A DNA stretch of 64,000 nucleotides from an uncultured Acidimicrobiales bacterium (GCA_937925335.1 CALEWY010000008.1:66-64065), one strand, 5' to 3'. Positions 34,195 to 44,521 are shown, numbered from the stretch's first letter. A program made the numbers and translations. The notes: generated from the sequence alone by a model not told the origin.

Positions 34195-36099
34195 TTAGCT
34201 GCCCGAGGCAGACCCCCCTGCCGTTCGGATGGCTCCACACGTGGTGGGTGCCGATTGTGTTCCGTCGCCGCTCACTGCAACGACGTCAAAGACGTAGCGA
34301 CCGCCGGGGGCGACCGATGTCGTGAGGCTGTTTCCACCTGCTGAGCCGGCCTGAGCACGACCGCCGCCGTTGGCTGAGCGGTAGACGATGTAGGACGATG
34401 CGTTCGATCCGCCGTTCCAGCTGATCGATGCGCCGACCGCCGATGTTGCAACGGCGGTGCAGCTCGTTGGAGCGACGGCTGGTCCGCCGGATGTGCAGAG
34501 GACCGGCGAGCTGGTCTGGCCAGCGCTGTAGCGGAACGCCACTCGATAACGCGTGCTGTCATTGGGGACCGACTCTGAGAACGATGTCGTCCCGGTGTTT
34601 GGAGCACCTCTCCAGAACCAGTTGCCACCGGAGGAGATCTGACGCTCGATGATGGTCTTGGTGTGGAGGTTGCCTCCAGACCAGTCGATCGTGATCGATC
34701 CGCCAGCGAGATCGGCGGTGCACGCCGCCGGAGCCGGAGGACCAGGATCAGGTTGGTTCACAGGTCCAGGGCCAGCGGAATCGCAGAGCCGCACGAGGTT
34801 GCGTGCGTTTCGCTGGGATCCGGGTTGACCTGAGTTCGAGATGCCACCCGTCATCCAGATACAGCCATCGGATGGGTTGCCAGCAATTCCCCAACCACCG
34901 GCAGCGCCGGCGAGGAACGGCCGGAACGACGTGATGCGAGTGCTGGTCGACGGGTTGTAGGCAGCGATCGAATCGATCGTTGAGTGGGTCCCGGTCGGTT
35001 GTGTGTGCGTGATGGTCTGTGTGTCGGAGTAGTGGTCATACCAGCAGTGGCACGAGGCGTAGATCCGGTCGCCGACTCGCTCGATCTCCTGGAAGTCGCC
35101 ACCGAACCACGGACCGGGGTTGCAGTTCTGGTTTCGAGCGGGGTCACAGGCGGTGTAGTGCTGGCGAACGAGGCTGTAGTTGTTGTTCTCGTCGAGCACT
35201 CGCAGGGCGTGCTCAACGCCGGCGATCCAGACGGTGCCGAACTCGGTGGCCTCAACGTCGAACTGCCAGTGGCACGAGTTGAGGTTGGCGGCGCAGCCGT
35301 TGTCGGGAAGGACGGTGGCGTTGACGGCGAGAGCGCCAGAATCGCTGATGCCAGCGAATCCTCGAGACGACGAACCGTTCACGAACGTGAACTGTCCGCT
35401 GAGGTAGACACGGTTGAGGGTTTGGCTTCGAGCGACGCCCCACACGTCACCACCCGTGACGGTTGGGATCCAGCTGGTGTCGATGGCGCCGGTCGACGGG
35501 TTGGCACGAATGACACCTGAGGTGACGATCTCGTTGCCGTTGACGCTGGCTCGACTGAAGTCGCCGACGATGTAGAGACGGCCGTCGGATTCGATCTTGA
35601 GATCACGGACCGTGGAGCGGGTGCCGCTGACTCGAGTGTTCCAACCCGGCCAAAGGTCACCGGTGTTCGGGTCGATCTTGACGAGCGGTCCGGTGTTCAC
35701 GCCGTTCCACGTGGCGAACTCGCCGCCGACGAACAAACCGCCATCGGGTGCGGCGAGGATCGAAAAGACTGCGCTGCTGACGTTCGGGCGGAACCATGAC
35801 TGCCATTGGCCAGTGTCAGCGTCGAAGGCTGCGAAGTAGCCCTGGTTCGCTGAGGACGATCCGTTGGTGACCGTCTTGAAGTTGCCGCCGACGAAGGCTG
35901 TGTTACCAGCGATCTCGACCGCCCAGCCAAGCGACTGAGAGTCGGCCACGTTGATGGCATCACCCTTGTTGGCGAGGCCCCAGAAGGTCTCGTTGTTCGA
36001 ATCGATCTCGGCACCGACGGGGGAGGAGCCCGCGCCCACTGCCACCATCAGAGTTGCCATCAGTGCCGCGCTGAGCGCGACTCGCCAAATTGCCCGCAT
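34195..36099 (-). CDS. Secreted beta-propeller-like repeat protein with two C-terminal FN3-like domains
   Basis: Signal peptide is present. Recurring (L/V)(F/Y)(V/L)GG.F motifs occur about every 50-60 aa. It is a paralogue of the N-terminal region of 39245..41854. Two Ig/FN3-like modules sit at the C-terminus. Confidence 0.75.
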   Translation of the reverse strand: MRAIWRVALSAALMATLMVAVGAGSSPVGAEIDSNNETFWGLANKGDAINVADSQSLGWAVEIAGNTAFVGGNFKTVTNGSSSANQGYFAAFDADTGQWQSWFRPNVSSAVFSILAAPDGGLFVGGEFATWNGVNTGPLVKIDPNTGDLWPGWNTRVSGTRSTVRDLKIESDGRLYIVGDFSRASVNGNEIVTSGVIRANPSTGAIDTSWIPTVTGGDVWGVARSQTLNRVYLSGQFTFVNGSSSRGFAGISDSGALAVNATVLPDNGCAANLNSCHWQFDVEATEFGTVWIAGVEHALRVLDENNNYSLVRQHYTACDPARNQNCNPGPWFGGDFQEIERVGDRIYASCHCWYDHYSDTQTITHTQPTGTHSTIDSIAAYNPSTSTRITSFRPFLAGAAGGWGIAGNPSDGCIWMTGGISNSGQPGSQRNARNLVRLCDSAGPGPVNQPDPGPPAPAACTADLAGGSITIDWSGGNLHTKTIIERQISSGGNWFWRGAPNTGTTSFSESVPNDSTRYRVAFRYSAGQTSSPVLCTSGGPAVAPTSCTAVATSAVGASISWNGGSNASSYIVYRSANGGGRAQAGSAGGNSLTTSVAPGGRYVFDVVAVSGDGTQSAPTTCGAIRTAGGSASGS

Positions 36100-36157
36100 C
36101 TCTCAAGCTTGCCAGATGACTCGAGGTGAGCGCCCTGGGCGAATCTATGCTCTAGCC

Positions 36158-37591
36158 ATGCCATCCCTCAGCCTTTCTGCCAGCCTTCCGAAGAGCGCAA
36201 CGGTGCACGACGTGCCCGTTGCGAGCGACGAGCTTGAAGGCTTGGGCCCAGATCTCATGCGGGCTTCGAAGCTCCAGGGCTTCGAAGGCAAGGTCGGCCA
36301 GACACTCGTTCTCGCGGGAGGGGCCGATGGGCCTATGCGGGTGCTTGTAGGAATCGGCGAACGATCGTCGGTCGACTCCGGTTCGCTGCGTCGGGCCGCA
36401 GCCGCATTCGTTCGAGCGGTTGGCAAACACAAGGTTGCTGCCACCACGTTGGCCGAGAACCCCGGCGATATCGACCGCGCCGAAGCCATTCGTGCGGTCT
36501 GTGAGGGTGTTGGTCTTGCGAGCTACAAGTACACGGCGCTCAAGACTGGGCCTGAGCGCCCACTTCGCAAGGTTGTCGTCGTGTCGAAGGGCGCAGGCTC
36601 GAAGGCTGCCTTCGAGCAGGGCGCAGCCACGGTCAACGCTGTCTCCCTCGCTCGTGATCTCGTGAATGAGCCTGGTGGTTCGATGACACCTGAGGCGTTC
36701 ACGGCGATGGCACGCACCGTCTGCAAAGACTCCGGTGTGAAGCTCACGGTGTGGGATGAGAAGCGAATTGCCAAGGAGAAGCTCGGCGGTGTGATGGCCG
36801 TGAACCAGGGCTCCACCCACCCGGCCCGTTTCCTCACGATCGACTACAAGCCGACGGGTGCACCGAAGGCCAAGGTCGCCCTTGTTGGAAAGGGCATCAC
36901 GTTCGACTCGGGTGGCTTGTCGATCAAGACCGGCACCGGAATGATGACGATGAAGGTCGACATGACCGGCGGCGCCGTCGTGCTCGCCGTGATGTCGCTC
37001 CTGAATGCTCTCGGCGTCAAGGTCGCCGTCACCGGCTACATCCCGCTGACCGACAACATGATCAACGGTGATGCGTTCCGGCCCGGTGATGTGTTCACCG
37101 CTCGCAACGGGAAGACCGTCGAGGTGCTGAACACCGATGCGGAGGGCCGTCTCGTGCTCGCCGATGCCCTATCGGTCGCTTCGGAGAAGAAGCCCGATGC
37201 AATCATCGACATCGCAACCCTCACCGGTTCGGTCTCCGGTGCTCTTGGCGTGAACATGGCTGGCCTGATGGGGACCGACGACGCCCTCATCGGTCGTATC
37301 GAGGCGGCTGCCGTGCCAACCGATGAGCAGGTGTGGCACCTCCCGCTCCCCGTCGAGTACCGCAAACAGCTCGACTCGGTTGTTGCTGACCTCAAGAACA
37401 TCGGCAACGGCCCCTTCGGTGGTGCGCTCGTCGCCGGTCTGTTCCTGAAAGAGTTCACCGACGGTGTCCCGTGGGCCCACATCGACCTTGGAATGTCGGC
37501 GATGGCAGATTCCGACGATGGCGTGAAGGTGAAGGGCGGAACGGCATTCGGTGTCCGTCTCATTGCGGCCGCTCTTGAGGCCTGGTCGTAG
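36158..37591 (+). CDS. pepA: Leucyl aminopeptidase (M17)
   Basis: VGKGITFDSGG and NTDAEGRLVLADAL signatures. ATG 36158 is used because the upstream part of the ORF overlaps the opposite gene. Confidence 0.9.
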   Translation: MPSLSLSASLPKSATVHDVPVASDELEGLGPDLMRASKLQGFEGKVGQTLVLAGGADGPMRVLVGIGERSSVDSGSLRRAAAAFVRAVGKHKVAATTLAENPGDIDRAEAIRAVCEGVGLASYKYTALKTGPERPLRKVVVVSKGAGSKAAFEQGAATVNAVSLARDLVNEPGGSMTPEAFTAMARTVCKDSGVKLTVWDEKRIAKEKLGGVMAVNQGSTHPARFLTIDYKPTGAPKAKVALVGKGITFDSGGLSIKTGTGMMTMKVDMTGGAVVLAVMSLLNALGVKVAVTGYIPLTDNMINGDAFRPGDVFTARNGKTVEVLNTDAEGRLVLADALSVASEKKPDAIIDIATLTGSVSGALGVNMAGLMGTDDALIGRIEAAAVPTDEQVWHLPLPVEYRKQLDSVVADLKNIGNGPFGGALVAGLFLKEFTDGVPWAHIDLGMSAMADSDDGVKVKGGTAFGVRLIAAALEAWS

Positions 37592-37705
37592 CGCTCGGCA
37601 TCGCAGCAACATTGCCCCCTATTTGCGGGGAGAAAGCGGTCAACTCATCACGCTGAATGCCGATGGTTCTTCCAAGCCTGCAAATGGTCGGAGGACCCGA
37701 GTTCC

Positions 37706-39118
37706 GTGGCGGTTGTCGACAAACCAACTACGCCAACGCCTGGCGTTGGAGCGAACGCCGGCTTTTCGCTGCGCAACGTTCGGACCAAGGCGTTCCAGAT
37801 CGCTGCCGACCTGACCGTTGCTGCGTTCGGTGTTGCCGTCGCGGCGATCGTTCGGCCCGCCGGGGCCGATGGAGTCATCGGGGCGATCCTGTTGCTCGGC
37901 GCATGGGCGATTTGGATGGGTCGAGGACGGCTCTACTCTGCACGATTCATCACACGGCGAGCCGATGAGATTCGACGAATTCTCGACGCCGGTGCGATGG
38001 CTGCAGCCACGGTTGGTGTAGGCGCCTTCGCCTTTGATCTCGAACTCGACCGGATGTGGCTGATTGGCGCGACGGCACTTGGAGCCGTTGGACTCTCGCT
38101 CGAGCGAGAGGTTGTTCGCCGCCGCTACGCCACGATGCGAGCGCAAGGAAAGCTCCGCCGCCCAGTCCTCATGATCGGCGACAACGCCGAGAGCCAACTG
38201 CTCGCCAAGATGTTCGACGAAGAAACCTGGATGGGTTACGACGTCGTCGAGACGATCGACCCCACTCGGGTCGGTGATCCAAACGAGCTCACAAGCCGAG
38301 TGCTGCGTGCCGCTCGAGAGGCCGGGGCAACCGGCGCTGTCGTTGCAGCAACGGCCATCGAAACCCGCCACAGCAATCGTCTGATTCGAGACCTGATCGA
38401 TGCCGGAATCCACGTCGAGCTCAGTTCGACCCTGGCCGACATCAATCCCAACCGTCTGACCGTTCGTCCGCTCGGCCGATTCCCCGTGGTGTACGTCGAA
38501 CCGGTGCAGCGTTCGGGCTGGCGTGCGGTTGCCAAGCGAGTCTTCGACGTGACGGTCGCCTCGATTGCGGTGTTGTGCCTTGCTCCCGTGATGGCCGGCA
38601 TCGCCGTGGCGATCAAGAAGGGATCCAATGGTCCCGTCTTCTTCAAACAATCACGCGTCGGCAAAGACGGAGCGCCGTTCGACGTGATGAAGTTCCGGAC
38701 GATGGTTCCCGATGCAGAGGAGATTCTCGCTGATCTCCAGACGGAGAACGAAGGAGCCGGGCCGCTCTTCAAGATGAAGGACGATCCTCGAGTCACCGGA
38801 GTCGGAGCGTTCCTCCGAAAGACCTCCCTCGATGAGCTGCCCCAACTCTTCAACGTGATCAAGGGCGAGATGAGCCTCGTCGGTCCTCGTCCGGCTCTCG
38901 CATCAGAGATGTCCGCCTGGGAGACCGATCTCTACGGTCGCCTCCGGGTGAAGCCCGGGATCACCGGTATGTGGCAGGTGTCTGGCCGAAGCGAAACAAG
39001 CTTCGAGGAATACACCCGTCTCGATCTCTACTATGTCGACAACTGGTCGCTGTTCATCGACATCACGATCCTCGTGCGAACCATCCCAGCGGTCTTGAAG
39101 TCCGACGGCGCTTACTAG
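37706..39118 (+). CDS. Polyprenyl-phosphate glycosyl-1-phosphate transferase (WbaP/exopolysaccharide priming type)
   Basis: N-terminal TM helices, a central Rossmann-like region, and C-terminal Bac_transf motifs KRVFD., FKQ.RVG..G..F...KFRTM, DELPQLFNV.KGEMSLVGPRP. Confidence 0.85.
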   Translation: MAVVDKPTTPTPGVGANAGFSLRNVRTKAFQIAADLTVAAFGVAVAAIVRPAGADGVIGAILLLGAWAIWMGRGRLYSARFITRRADEIRRILDAGAMAAATVGVGAFAFDLELDRMWLIGATALGAVGLSLEREVVRRRYATMRAQGKLRRPVLMIGDNAESQLLAKMFDEETWMGYDVVETIDPTRVGDPNELTSRVLRAAREAGATGAVVAATAIETRHSNRLIRDLIDAGIHVELSSTLADINPNRLTVRPLGRFPVVYVEPVQRSGWRAVAKRVFDVTVASIAVLCLAPVMAGIAVAIKKGSNGPVFFKQSRVGKDGAPFDVMKFRTMVPDAEEILADLQTENEGAGPLFKMKDDPRVTGVGAFLRKTSLDELPQLFNVIKGEMSLVGPRPALASEMSAWETDLYGRLRVKPGITGMWQVSGRSETSFEEYTRLDLYYVDNWSLFIDITILVRTIPAVLKSDGAY

Positions 39119-39244
39119 GCGCACGAGTCGCAACTCGCTCGTCGGCCCAGCCGCCTATCGAGCGATGTGAAGTAGTCCGAACGGCCTATCGGTGCCAGGA
39201 CTTCGCTCTACAGCGCCGAGCTAGAGCGTCGTAACGTTGCTTCG

Positions 39245-41854
39245 ATGGGTATCGGGCGACGTACTGGCGGATTTTTCGGGCTTCTCGGCGCGCTCGCTCT
39301 GGCGCTCGCCAGTTCGGTGGTTGCTGTCCCGGCGACGGTTGCCGATGCGCAGGGGCCGACGGTCGGTTCGGTGCCAGACGGATTCGAAGTTTCTCCTGAA
39401 CCGGTCTCGACCTGGGGCGTCGCCACCCTCATGCCGTCAGAGACGGTGGTCTTTGAAAGCCTCGTCTGGGACTTCGCCGAGATCGACGGTGTTGTTTACG
39501 TTGCCGGTCGCTTTGGAAACGTTCGACAAACCCGAACCGCTCCACTTCAGGACCAGGCCTACCTCGCAGCATTCGACGCGGACACTGGCGCGTGGATCCC
39601 TGGGTTCGCTCCTCAGCTCGATGGCCCGGCGTTCTCGCTGGAGACCGATGGCAACAAGCTCTTTGTCGGCGGCGAATTCACGTCGGTTGGTGACGTGGAG
39701 ACTGGCCCACTGGCCGCAGTCGACCCGTCCAACGGCAACCTCATCTCATCCTGGGCTCCAGACATCTCGTGGACGACTGGAACCGCGGTCGTGATGGACC
39801 TCGACATCGCCAACAACTCTCTCTACGCCGGTGGCAACTTCGCATGGGCGGGAACCGACTTTGCTCCACGCCTTGCCAAGCTTGATCTGACCAGCGCGGC
39901 CCTCGACACCAACTTCGGCGGCGCCGCCTCCGGTGCTCGCGTGTGGACGCTCGAAGCATCGGAATCCGGCGACCGCCTCTACGTCGGTGGCTACTTCGAG
40001 GTGCTCAACGGTGAAGCGCACAAGTGGTTTGGTGCCCTCGACGGCCTCACCGGTGAACTGGTTCCCGGTGTCGTGCAGGGAACGCCAGAAGGGATGCCGA
40101 ATTGCTGCAAGCAGAACCCGTTCGACATCGCCGTTCACGGTGACCACGTCTTCGTCGCTCGTGAATCACATCTGCTTGAAATCCTGAACACAGCCGATCT
40201 CAGTCGCGAGGGTTACTACCTCACCTCGTTCGGTGGCGGCGACTATCAGGCGACCGAGGTGATCGGCGATCGTCTCTACACCGGTGGCCACTTCTGGGCG
40301 AACCAGGGTTACTCAGAGGATGTTGTTCCGTTCACCAACACCGCGTGGCAGGCAGCCAACCTGGCGACGATGAATGACCCGTCGCAAACCCACGTGATCT
40401 GGTCAGCAGCATTCGATGCAAACTCCGCCGAGGCCATCCCGTCGTATCTGATGGACATGGGTATGAAGTCCGGAATTTGGGCGATCCACGGTTCAGAGAA
40501 TGGCCGTCTGTGGCTCGGCGGCGACGTCCAGCGAGCAGGCAGCGGCTGGGCTGGCGGGTTCGCCACGTTCGAGGTTGCTCCGGCGACGCCGCGGGGTGAG
40601 AATCTCGCCGCAGGCCAGCCGGTCACCATGTCGTCGGTCGACACGATCCTCAACGGAACGCTGGACGGAACACGTGCGGTCGACCGAGCACTCGCCGGTC
40701 AGACTCGTCACGACGGCATCCGAGCCTTCACCGCTCAAACCCAACTGGAAGACGATCCATGGATCGAGGTTGACCTCGGTTCGGCCAACCAGATCGGCGT
40801 GATTCGCCTTTTCGAACGAGCCGTCGGCAACTTCAACGGCGCATCGAACGGCACGCTCTTCCTGTCGAACGATCCATTCGTGTCAAACGATGCTGACGAG
40901 ATCGCTGCGCAACCGGGTGTCAGCGCGTACGACGTCGGTGGAATCGGCCGCTGGACCGACATCGAGGTCTTCCGTTCGGCTCGATACGTCCGCTACCAGC
41001 TGGCAGGAAATCGTCAGCTCACCATCGACTCGATCGAAGTGTTCGCCCAAGTTGGCGATGCGCCAACCCTTCCTGCTCCCGCAACGGTTCGTGTGACGAG
41101 GGAAGAGACCCGGCGAGCGGTGATCAACTACGCAAAGGTCCCGGACGCCGCATCGCACGAGATCCTGCTCGACGGTGTCATCGTCGGGACCGATAACGAC
41201 GGATGGTTCTCGTTCGTCGACCTCGATCCCGGAACGACCTACACCGCATCGGTGCGTGGTATCAGCGCTGACGGGACACCAGGCGCGTCGACCGACGTGG
41301 CGATCCGCACCCTGGGTGGTGGCGTCACACTCGAGGCGCCGACCTCAGTGACCGTCACTCGCGAAGAGCTGCGTCGAGCTGTCATCAACTACACGCTCGT
41401 TCCCGGCGCAGCGAGCCACGAACTCTTGCTCGATGGGGTTGTGGTCGGAACCGATAACGATCGTTGGTTCACCTTCCTCGATCTCGATCCGGCCACGTCG
41501 TACGAAGCCGCGGTTCGCGGCGTCTCCGCAGACGGCACACCCGGTCCGGAGACCACGGCGACGATCACCACCAAAGGATCCGTCGACCCCGGCGGCGAAC
41601 TGCCCGCACCGGAAACGCTCAACGTGACACGCGTCGAACGGCGTCGAATCGTCGTGAACTATGCACTTGTGCCGGGTGCAGACACCCACGAGATCCTGCT
41701 CGATGGGGTTGTGGTTGGTACCGACAACGATCGTTGGTTCACCTTCCTCGGCCTCGAGCCAGGCACGACCTATGAGCTCTCCGTCCGAGGTGTTAGTGCC
41801 GACGGAACACCCGGAGCGAGCGCGACGCTGGTCGAAACAACACAAGCCGGATAA
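39245..41854 (+). CDS. Secreted propeller-like protein with discoidin (F5/8 type C) domain and three tandem FN3-like repeats
   Basis: Signal peptide is present. The propeller region is paralogous to 34195..36099 (AAFDADTG.W..F.P). The discoidin-like segment has DPWIEVDLG...IGVIRL. There are three ~89-aa repeats ...VINY..VPGA.SHE.LLDGV.VGTDNDRWF.F..L.P.T.Y...VRGVSADGTPG. Confidence 0.8.
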   Translation: MGIGRRTGGFFGLLGALALALASSVVAVPATVADAQGPTVGSVPDGFEVSPEPVSTWGVATLMPSETVVFESLVWDFAEIDGVVYVAGRFGNVRQTRTAPLQDQAYLAAFDADTGAWIPGFAPQLDGPAFSLETDGNKLFVGGEFTSVGDVETGPLAAVDPSNGNLISSWAPDISWTTGTAVVMDLDIANNSLYAGGNFAWAGTDFAPRLAKLDLTSAALDTNFGGAASGARVWTLEASESGDRLYVGGYFEVLNGEAHKWFGALDGLTGELVPGVVQGTPEGMPNCCKQNPFDIAVHGDHVFVARESHLLEILNTADLSREGYYLTSFGGGDYQATEVIGDRLYTGGHFWANQGYSEDVVPFTNTAWQAANLATMNDPSQTHVIWSAAFDANSAEAIPSYLMDMGMKSGIWAIHGSENGRLWLGGDVQRAGSGWAGGFATFEVAPATPRGENLAAGQPVTMSSVDTILNGTLDGTRAVDRALAGQTRHDGIRAFTAQTQLEDDPWIEVDLGSANQIGVIRLFERAVGNFNGASNGTLFLSNDPFVSNDADEIAAQPGVSAYDVGGIGRWTDIEVFRSARYVRYQLAGNRQLTIDSIEVFAQVGDAPTLPAPATVRVTREETRRAVINYAKVPDAASHEILLDGVIVGTDNDGWFSFVDLDPGTTYTASVRGISADGTPGASTDVAIRTLGGGVTLEAPTSVTVTREELRRAVINYTLVPGAASHELLLDGVVVGTDNDRWFTFLDLDPATSYEAAVRGVSADGTPGPETTATITTKGSVDPGGELPAPETLNVTRVERRRIVVNYALVPGADTHEILLDGVVVGTDNDRWFTFLGLEPGTTYELSVRGVSADGTPGASATLVETTQAG
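41064..41851. repeat. Three tandem ~267-bp coding repeats (FN3-like modules)
   Basis: Units start near 41064, 41330 and 41597. The protein repeats are visibly more than 60 percent identical. Confidence 0.8.
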
Positions 41855-41884
41855 CCCGACTCGCTTGATCGGAAATCGGGTGTC

Positions 41885-43039
41885 ATGCTCCACGGCATGC
41901 CTGGACTCTTCGATCCTTTCGTCGTGCGAGGCCTCGAACTCGCCAACCGGGTCGTCGTGTCACCGATGAGCCAATACGCCGCAATCGATGGCGTGGCCAA
42001 CGACTGGCACTTCGCTCATCTCAGCCGCTTTGCTCTCGGTGGTGTGGGGATGGTCATGATCGAGGCCACGGCTGTTTCAGCCGATGCCCGTCGGACACCG
42101 GGCGACCTCGGCTTGTGGTCCGACGACCATGCTGAGGCCCTGGTCCGAGTCGTGGAGTTTCTCGAAGCCAACGGTTCGGTTCCAGCGATCCAGCTCTCGC
42201 ATGCTGGCCGGAAGGCAAGTGAGCGCCGTCCTTGGCATGGCGAAACCCCACTGACCAATGAAGATGTCGAACTTCGAGGAGAAGCGCCGTGGCCGGCCGT
42301 TGGGCCGAGCCCGCTTGCCTATGGCGAGGCGTGGCCTGTTCCGGCGGAGATGACCGAAGCGGACATCGCACAGGTGGTCCAGGATTTCGCATCCGCGGCA
42401 CAACGAGCCAGCCGAATCGGGATCAAGGCGGTGGAGGTCTATGCAGGACACGGATTTCTGCAACACCAGTTCCTGTCGCCGATCGCGAACGAACGAACCG
42501 ACGGTTATGGCGGGAGCTTCGAGGGGCGGGCGCGCGTTGCGCTCGAGACCGCCGAAGCGATCCGGGCCGTCATTCCAGACTCGATGCCGTTGTTCTTTCG
42601 CCTGTCGATCACCGACTGGCTCGACGACGGGCTCACCGTTGAGGAGAGCATCGAACTCGCCAAACAGCTCGGTGACAGGGGCGTTGACGTCATCGACTGC
42701 ACGTCTGGCGGGATCGGTGGAGATCGACCGGTTCGGTTCCCACTCGGCGAGGGCTACCAGGTCGATCTCGCGAAACAGGTCAAGATGGGTGCGGGGTTGG
42801 CGACGATGGCCGTCGGAATGATCTGGTCGGGCACACACGCTGACCAGGTGATTCGCTCCGGCCAAGCTGATCTCGTGGCGGTCGGCCGAGAGCTGCTCGA
42901 TGACCCCAACTGGACTCACCACGCAGCGAGGGAACTCGGCGTCGACACGTCCCACACGCTCTGGCCAGCCGAATCGGGATGGTGGCTCGGCAAACGACAG
43001 CGAGCGATCGACAAGCTCGGTCTGCGACCGAATGGCTAG
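41885..43039 (+). CDS. NADH:flavin oxidoreductase, Old Yellow Enzyme family
   Basis: LANRVVVSPMSQY, HAGRKAS, YAGHGFLQHQFLSP..N.RTD.YGGS and GR....DP patterns. Confidence 0.9.
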   Translation: MLHGMPGLFDPFVVRGLELANRVVVSPMSQYAAIDGVANDWHFAHLSRFALGGVGMVMIEATAVSADARRTPGDLGLWSDDHAEALVRVVEFLEANGSVPAIQLSHAGRKASERRPWHGETPLTNEDVELRGEAPWPAVGPSPLAYGEAWPVPAEMTEADIAQVVQDFASAAQRASRIGIKAVEVYAGHGFLQHQFLSPIANERTDGYGGSFEGRARVALETAEAIRAVIPDSMPLFFRLSITDWLDDGLTVEESIELAKQLGDRGVDVIDCTSGGIGGDRPVRFPLGEGYQVDLAKQVKMGAGLATMAVGMIWSGTHADQVIRSGQADLVAVGRELLDDPNWTHHAARELGVDTSHTLWPAESGWWLGKRQRAIDKLGLRPNG

Positions 43040-43059
43040 CCCGACGTGAACCGCCCTGC

Positions 43060-43557
43060 TTAGGCGGCTTCTGGCAAGCTCCACGCATCGTGAGCGGCCT
43101 TCAGGTGCGGCGGTAACCGTGCAACCTGGCGCATGCTCAGTTGCGGGAGCCTCGTCCGCACGGCGACTGTTGAGCCGTTCCTCGTCACGATGCCGAAGCG
43201 GCAGCAGCGTTCGAGACTTCGCCAGAACGGGCCGTGTTTGCCACCCTTGGTGCCAACACCCAACTCGATTGCCCATGCCGTCGTGTCGAGCATGAAACCT
43301 TCGGGTTGTTCCTCGAGCGCTTGAGCAAGTCTTCGGAGCAGCAGCGTGGAGGTCGGCCCCAACACGCTGACCCAGAAGCGCTCAACGTACTGGCCGCATG
43401 GATCGAGACCGAACCGCTCGAGCATCGGGTCTGACCAGGGAATCACCGCAAGTTCGGATGGTGATGGTGGCTTGGCCGGCTCAGGCGCAAGGGCCTCGGT
43501 TTCGGGACGGACCTTGGGGTAGCCCGGGATCGGATCGTCAACGAATCGGTGGTTCAT
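43060..43557 (-). CDS. Hypothetical protein (possible winged-helix)
   Basis: 165-aa ORF. No family recognised. It is preceded by an AT-rich patch with AACGTAA direct repeats. Confidence 0.5.
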   Translation of the reverse strand: MNHRFVDDPIPGYPKVRPETEALAPEPAKPPSPSELAVIPWSDPMLERFGLDPCGQYVERFWVSVLGPTSTLLLRRLAQALEEQPEGFMLDTTAWAIELGVGTKGGKHGPFWRSLERCCRFGIVTRNGSTVAVRTRLPQLSMRQVARLPPHLKAAHDAWSLPEAA

Positions 43558-43646
43558 GCAAATGAACGTAATTTAACGTAAACGAAGATGCAAGAGGTGG
43601 ATTGGCTGAATGTTGCCGACGTGGTGAGTTTGCGGAGTGCTGCTGG

Positions 43647-44507
43647 CTATTTGGGGTGGGCGATGAAGTAGTAGTTCTTGCCTTGGTGGAACTGTTCGCT
43701 GAACTGCTCGACGGTGAGCGGTGGCCCATCGTCCAGCCAGGTGCCGAGCAGCGACACGACCATGTCTGCGTCGGCAAAGAACCCGGCAATGTCGGTCGGA
43801 TCGGTCCCATAGATGTCGGAGCCGCCAAGGCCGTGCTCGAACACGACGATCGGTTGGCATCGCTCAATGGTTTCGCGCCCACCTTCTAAGACGCCGAGTT
43901 CTGCGCCCTCCACGTCGATCTTGATCAGCTTCGGAGAGCGATCACCGACGATGTCATCGAGCTTGGTCGTCGGCACCGAGATGAGCTCGACAGTTTCGTC
44001 CGGGCGGTCGTAGCGCCGCTCTTTGAGGCCGCTGTATCCCGGGTTCGAAACGACATGGTGAAACTCGAGATCGCCGGCGGGTTCAGCGACGAGTGCCTTG
44101 CGATGAAGTTCGATGCCCGCGTACTTCTCGACCAGCGCGTCATAGAGATGGGGGAGTGGCTCGAAAGCGATATGAGCGGTTCCCGGTGATGCGGCAATCA
44201 TCGAGTCGAGGATCGCTCCCTCGTGGCAACCGACATCGACGGCGAGATCTCCCTTGCCGAGCACCCGCTTGATGATCACTTCGGTCTGCAGGTCGTAGCG
44301 ATGGTTCTTGTCCGGACCGTTCAAGATCTTGACGAGGCGGTCGGTCGCTGCTGCATCGGCGGTCGCCGATCCTGCGATCGCGACACCGAGGTTCGGGGCG
44401 CGATCGACGGCGATCGCCTTTCCCTTGTCTCGAGCAGTCTTGGCGGTCTCGCCAGCGCGGGCGATCAATGAGCGGGCAATCGACGTCACCCGCGAAGGAT
44501 ACGGCAA
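43647..44507 (-). CDS. FkbM-family methyltransferase
   Basis: VDVGCHEGAILDSM and IKIDVEGAELGVLEGG motifs. The start is an apparent TTG. Confidence 0.8.
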   Translation of the reverse strand: MPYPSRVTSIARSLIARAGETAKTARDKGKAIAVDRAPNLGVAIAGSATADAAATDRLVKILNGPDKNHRYDLQTEVIIKRVLGKGDLAVDVGCHEGAILDSMIAASPGTAHIAFEPLPHLYDALVEKYAGIELHRKALVAEPAGDLEFHHVVSNPGYSGLKERRYDRPDETVELISVPTTKLDDIVGDRSPKLIKIDVEGAELGVLEGGRETIERCQPIVVFEHGLGGSDIYGTDPTDIAGFFADADMVVSLLGTWLDDGPPLTVEQFSEQFHQGKNYYFIAHPK

Positions 44508-44521
44508 GTACCGTCACCGGA

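Noticed and set aside
42077-43276. 399-aa minus-strand ORF
   Set aside because: It is antisense to the OYE-family flavoenzyme gene and overlaps the 43060..43557 gene in another frame. No motifs are present.
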